Source: Candidatus Latescibacterota bacterium (lineage in GTDB: Bacteria > Latescibacterota > UBA2968). From it: DNA of 27,773 nucleotides. Positions within the stretch are counted from its first letter, which is position 1; every line of letters begins with the position of its first letter. Positions 25,819-27,773 of this stretch are shown one piece after another. The notes under the pieces were generated by a model that saw only the letters and a list, made by a program, of their open reading frames with translations, made no database searches and had not been told where the DNA came from. The position numbers and the translations under genes were made by a program. The stretch covers positions 1 through 27,773 of the forward strand of contig JAYODI010000036.1 of the NCBI GenBank assembly GCA_038279365.1, written 5' to 3'.

Positions 25819-26079
25819 TTAATGTGCCCGATAGGCTTGTTCCAATTCCAACAAAACAGCCGACGCAACAACTTCGATATCCCCATCTCGTTCCATCTTC
25901 TCCGACCACTGCCAGGCATTCAAATATGCATCCGTCCCCACAAGCCCCTGTTGCATCGCCACCCGATCAATCTCTTGCTGAAACCAATCGGGCATTTGAT
26001 ACGCTTTGGGCCGTTTGCCCTCATATACCCGAATTTGTGCCGGAATGTCTTGCCAATATAAGACCTGATAAACAGCCAT
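25819..26079 (-). CDS. 'Virulence factor' domain small protein (PF13769-like)
   Basis: YWQDIPAQ, FQQEIDRVAM, TDAYLNAW signature. ATG at 26079 overlaps the upstream stop (TAATG); 86 aa. Confidence 0.82.
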   Translation of the reverse strand: MAVYQVLYWQDIPAQIRVYEGKRPKAYQMPDWFQQEIDRVAMQQGLVGTDAYLNAWQWSEKMERDGDIEVVASAVLLELEQAYRAH

Positions 26080-27077
26080 TATAAATGATCCACTTCTGCT
26101 CGAAACGCTGCAATATGCTTGGGCTCTGTGCCACAACATCCCCCAATCAAAAAACCACCCGCCTGAATCAACGCATCCACATAAGGCGCCATATCTTCTG
26201 GTCCTTGGGAATACGTAGCCAACTTGGTTTCTTTGTCCAAAGTCGGCAACCCCGCATTGGGATAGGCCATCAACCGCTTACCCGCAATGCCCCGTGCGGC
26301 CAATGCATCACGCATTTGTTTTGTTCCCTCAATCGCATAAGGCATGCCCGTGTGATCGGTATTGCGCGTTTCGGCCCCACAGTTTAAGCCCAACAAATGC
26401 ACATGATCGATCAAACTATCCCCACCCGAAAATTCACCACCAGCCAAAATATCTAACAAATCACCAGGTGAATAGCCCCAATCGGTCTTATAAATCAACT
26501 GCCCCGTCTTGCGATCTTGCGTAAACTTATAGGTCATATTGACCGCAGCAGGCAATCCCGTTTGACGGATCAAATTGACCACCATAGCCGCTTCCTTGGC
26601 CGAAAACTGTGTTTCAACCACAAAAAAATCGACCCCACCTTCGGCCAATGCACCAATGATACGCTTATGCGCCTCAATGGCATCCCCATTTGCAATACCA
26701 AAAGTCGTATCACCCGCGTCGGCCTCAATCGCTCCTGGAGAAGGGCCAATAGACCCTGCCACATAAACATCTCGCCCACCTTCTTCAACGGCTCGGCGGG
26801 CATGTTGTGCGGCCAGTTTGGCCAACCGCTCGGCATCATCGGCATCCACACCTGCCATTTTCAAATGCAACGGAGACGCCACAAAGGTGTTGGTGCCAAT
26901 TGCATCTGCACCGGCATCAATATACGCCCGATGCACCGATACCACCGCATCGGGGTGTGAATCATTGGCCAATGCACTGTTGGTCAAATTTACCCCACGT
27001 GCAAACAACTGAGAGCCAAACCCACCATCATACACCATGGGCATCTCATCGTGCAACCGCGCCACAAAAGCCTTCAT
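26079..27077 (-). CDS. Stand-alone homocysteine S-methyltransferase family protein (MetH N-terminal-like Zn TIM barrel)
   Basis: DGGFGS, HRAYIDAGAD, TNTF, AGSIGP, ETQ; Zn ligands GLNC and GGCCGT; YPNAGLP. ATG 27077 after GGAGG. Confidence 0.92.
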   Translation of the reverse strand: MKAFVARLHDEMPMVYDGGFGSQLFARGVNLTNSALANDSHPDAVVSVHRAYIDAGADAIGTNTFVASPLHLKMAGVDADDAERLAKLAAQHARRAVEEGGRDVYVAGSIGPSPGAIEADAGDTTFGIANGDAIEAHKRIIGALAEGGVDFFVVETQFSAKEAAMVVNLIRQTGLPAAVNMTYKFTQDRKTGQLIYKTDWGYSPGDLLDILAGGEFSGGDSLIDHVHLLGLNCGAETRNTDHTGMPYAIEGTKQMRDALAARGIAGKRLMAYPNAGLPTLDKETKLATYSQGPEDMAPYVDALIQAGGFLIGGCCGTEPKHIAAFRAEVDHL

Positions 27078-27111
27078 CACATCCTCCCAACATGTCAAAT
27101 TCTACCGTGAT

Positions 27112-27773
27112 CTACATGGGCTTAAACTGACAACCTTCAACAAAAGCATCAAAAAAATCGGGTTGTGTCTCAAGCTCAATATGTTCAATTCGCTTCACCA
27201 AGGCTTCAATATCTGCGCGCTTCTTTCGCGACAACAACACCTCGCGCGCACCTTGAATGGCGGCATTACCCACCTTTTCTATGCGTTCAATCGGTACAGG
27301 AGCCAAAAAACCAATTTCAATGGCATTGTTAATATCCACATAATTGGCAAAACCACCTGATAAATATAACCGATCAATTTGCTCAGGTGTCACCCCAAAT
27401 TGCTGCATCAAAATCAACTGCCCACAATAATTGGCCGCCTTCGCTTGTGCCAAATTGCTCGCGTCTTCTCTCGAAAAAGTAATGTTTTTCTCAGGTACAA
27501 TCGTCATTTCAAATTGTTTCTTATCGACAAATACACCCTTAGGCGTCATCAAGTCGTGCCTGCGCAACTCCGCCAACAGATCAATCAAACCCGATCCACA
27601 AAATCCTTCTGCCACCCCACCACCAATCACATCGCACTCAAATCGATTATTTACCCATCGCACAGACTCAATGGCCCCATCATATCCTGGCATCCCAAAC
27701 TTGGTGGGGCCCCCCTCCGAGGCGGGGGCCGCCGGGGACGGGGGCGTGGCGAAGCGAGGGCGGGTCGCCAGCC
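27112..27773 (-). CDS. ASKHA-domain corrinoid reductive activator (RACE/RamA/DUF4445-like), 5'-truncated at the window edge
   Basis: GMPGYDGAIE, GFCGSGLIDLLAEL, LAQAKAA, LYLSGGFANY, VGNAAIQGA, HIEL, matching the C-terminal half of RACo/RamA proteins. The frame stays open to the window end. Confidence 0.9.
   Translation of the reverse strand, partial: LATRPRFATPPSPAAPASEGGPTKFGMPGYDGAIESVRWVNNRFECDVIGGGVAEGFCGSGLIDLLAELRRHDLMTPKGVFVDKKQFEMTIVPEKNITFSREDASNLAQAKAANYCGQLILMQQFGVTPEQIDRLYLSGGFANYVDINNAIEIGFLAPVPIERIEKVGNAAIQGAREVLLSRKKRADIEALVKRIEHIELETQPDFFDAFVEGCQFKPM

Noticed and set aside
25819..26079. 'Virulence factor' label as a sign of pathogenicity
   Set aside because: It is only a domain name; the context here is corrinoid/methyl metabolism.
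27701..27773. Abrupt 84% GC, G-rich tail (possible G-quadruplex or foreign DNA junction)
   Set aside because: It translates in frame as a corrupted version of the RACE motif (SPAAPASEGG where PAGPAFEGG is expected) at the very end of the sequence. Low-quality terminal base calls are the simplest explanation.

Overview
A 27.8-kb gene-dense chromosomal fragment from a diderm bacterium, probably an uncultured lineage. The gene mix resembles Latescibacterota/FCB-PVC-type MAGs, but that is inference only. I see no rRNA, tRNA, CRISPR array, transposase, integrase or reverse transcriptase. Left part: a truncated hypothetical gene, a stand-alone LolD/MacB-type ABC ATPase, a 3-gene run (sugar-phosphate isomerase/epimerase, very divergent UPRTase-like protein, metallophosphoesterase), a tandem FGE/SUMF1-domain lipoprotein, and a UVR-motif protein followed by hflX. 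Middle: a minus-strand envelope cluster (HEAT lipoprotein, M15A peptidase, FG-GAP protein, DUF2227, M23 peptidase, bactofilin), an orphan flgM, and a tripartite RND system (MFP, 1323-aa permease with a large membrane insertion, TolC, small exported protein). Right part: Mrp/ApbC, a frameshifted GT-C glycosyltransferase-TPR gene, a PLP aminotransferase, and part of a corrinoid methyl-transfer operon (RACE/RamA-like activator, stand-alone homocysteine methyltransferase, PF13769-like protein). Many clean sigma70 promoters and intrinsic terminators are readable. Best leads: the extended bactofilin/M23 envelope cluster; orphan FlgM with sigma28-like sites before non-flagellar genes; the RND insertion and its ECF-like promoters; the pseudo-UPRTase; the split methionine-synthase-like module; and a 52-nt identical block inside the tandem FGE gene. 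All family calls come from motif recognition by eye, not database searches.
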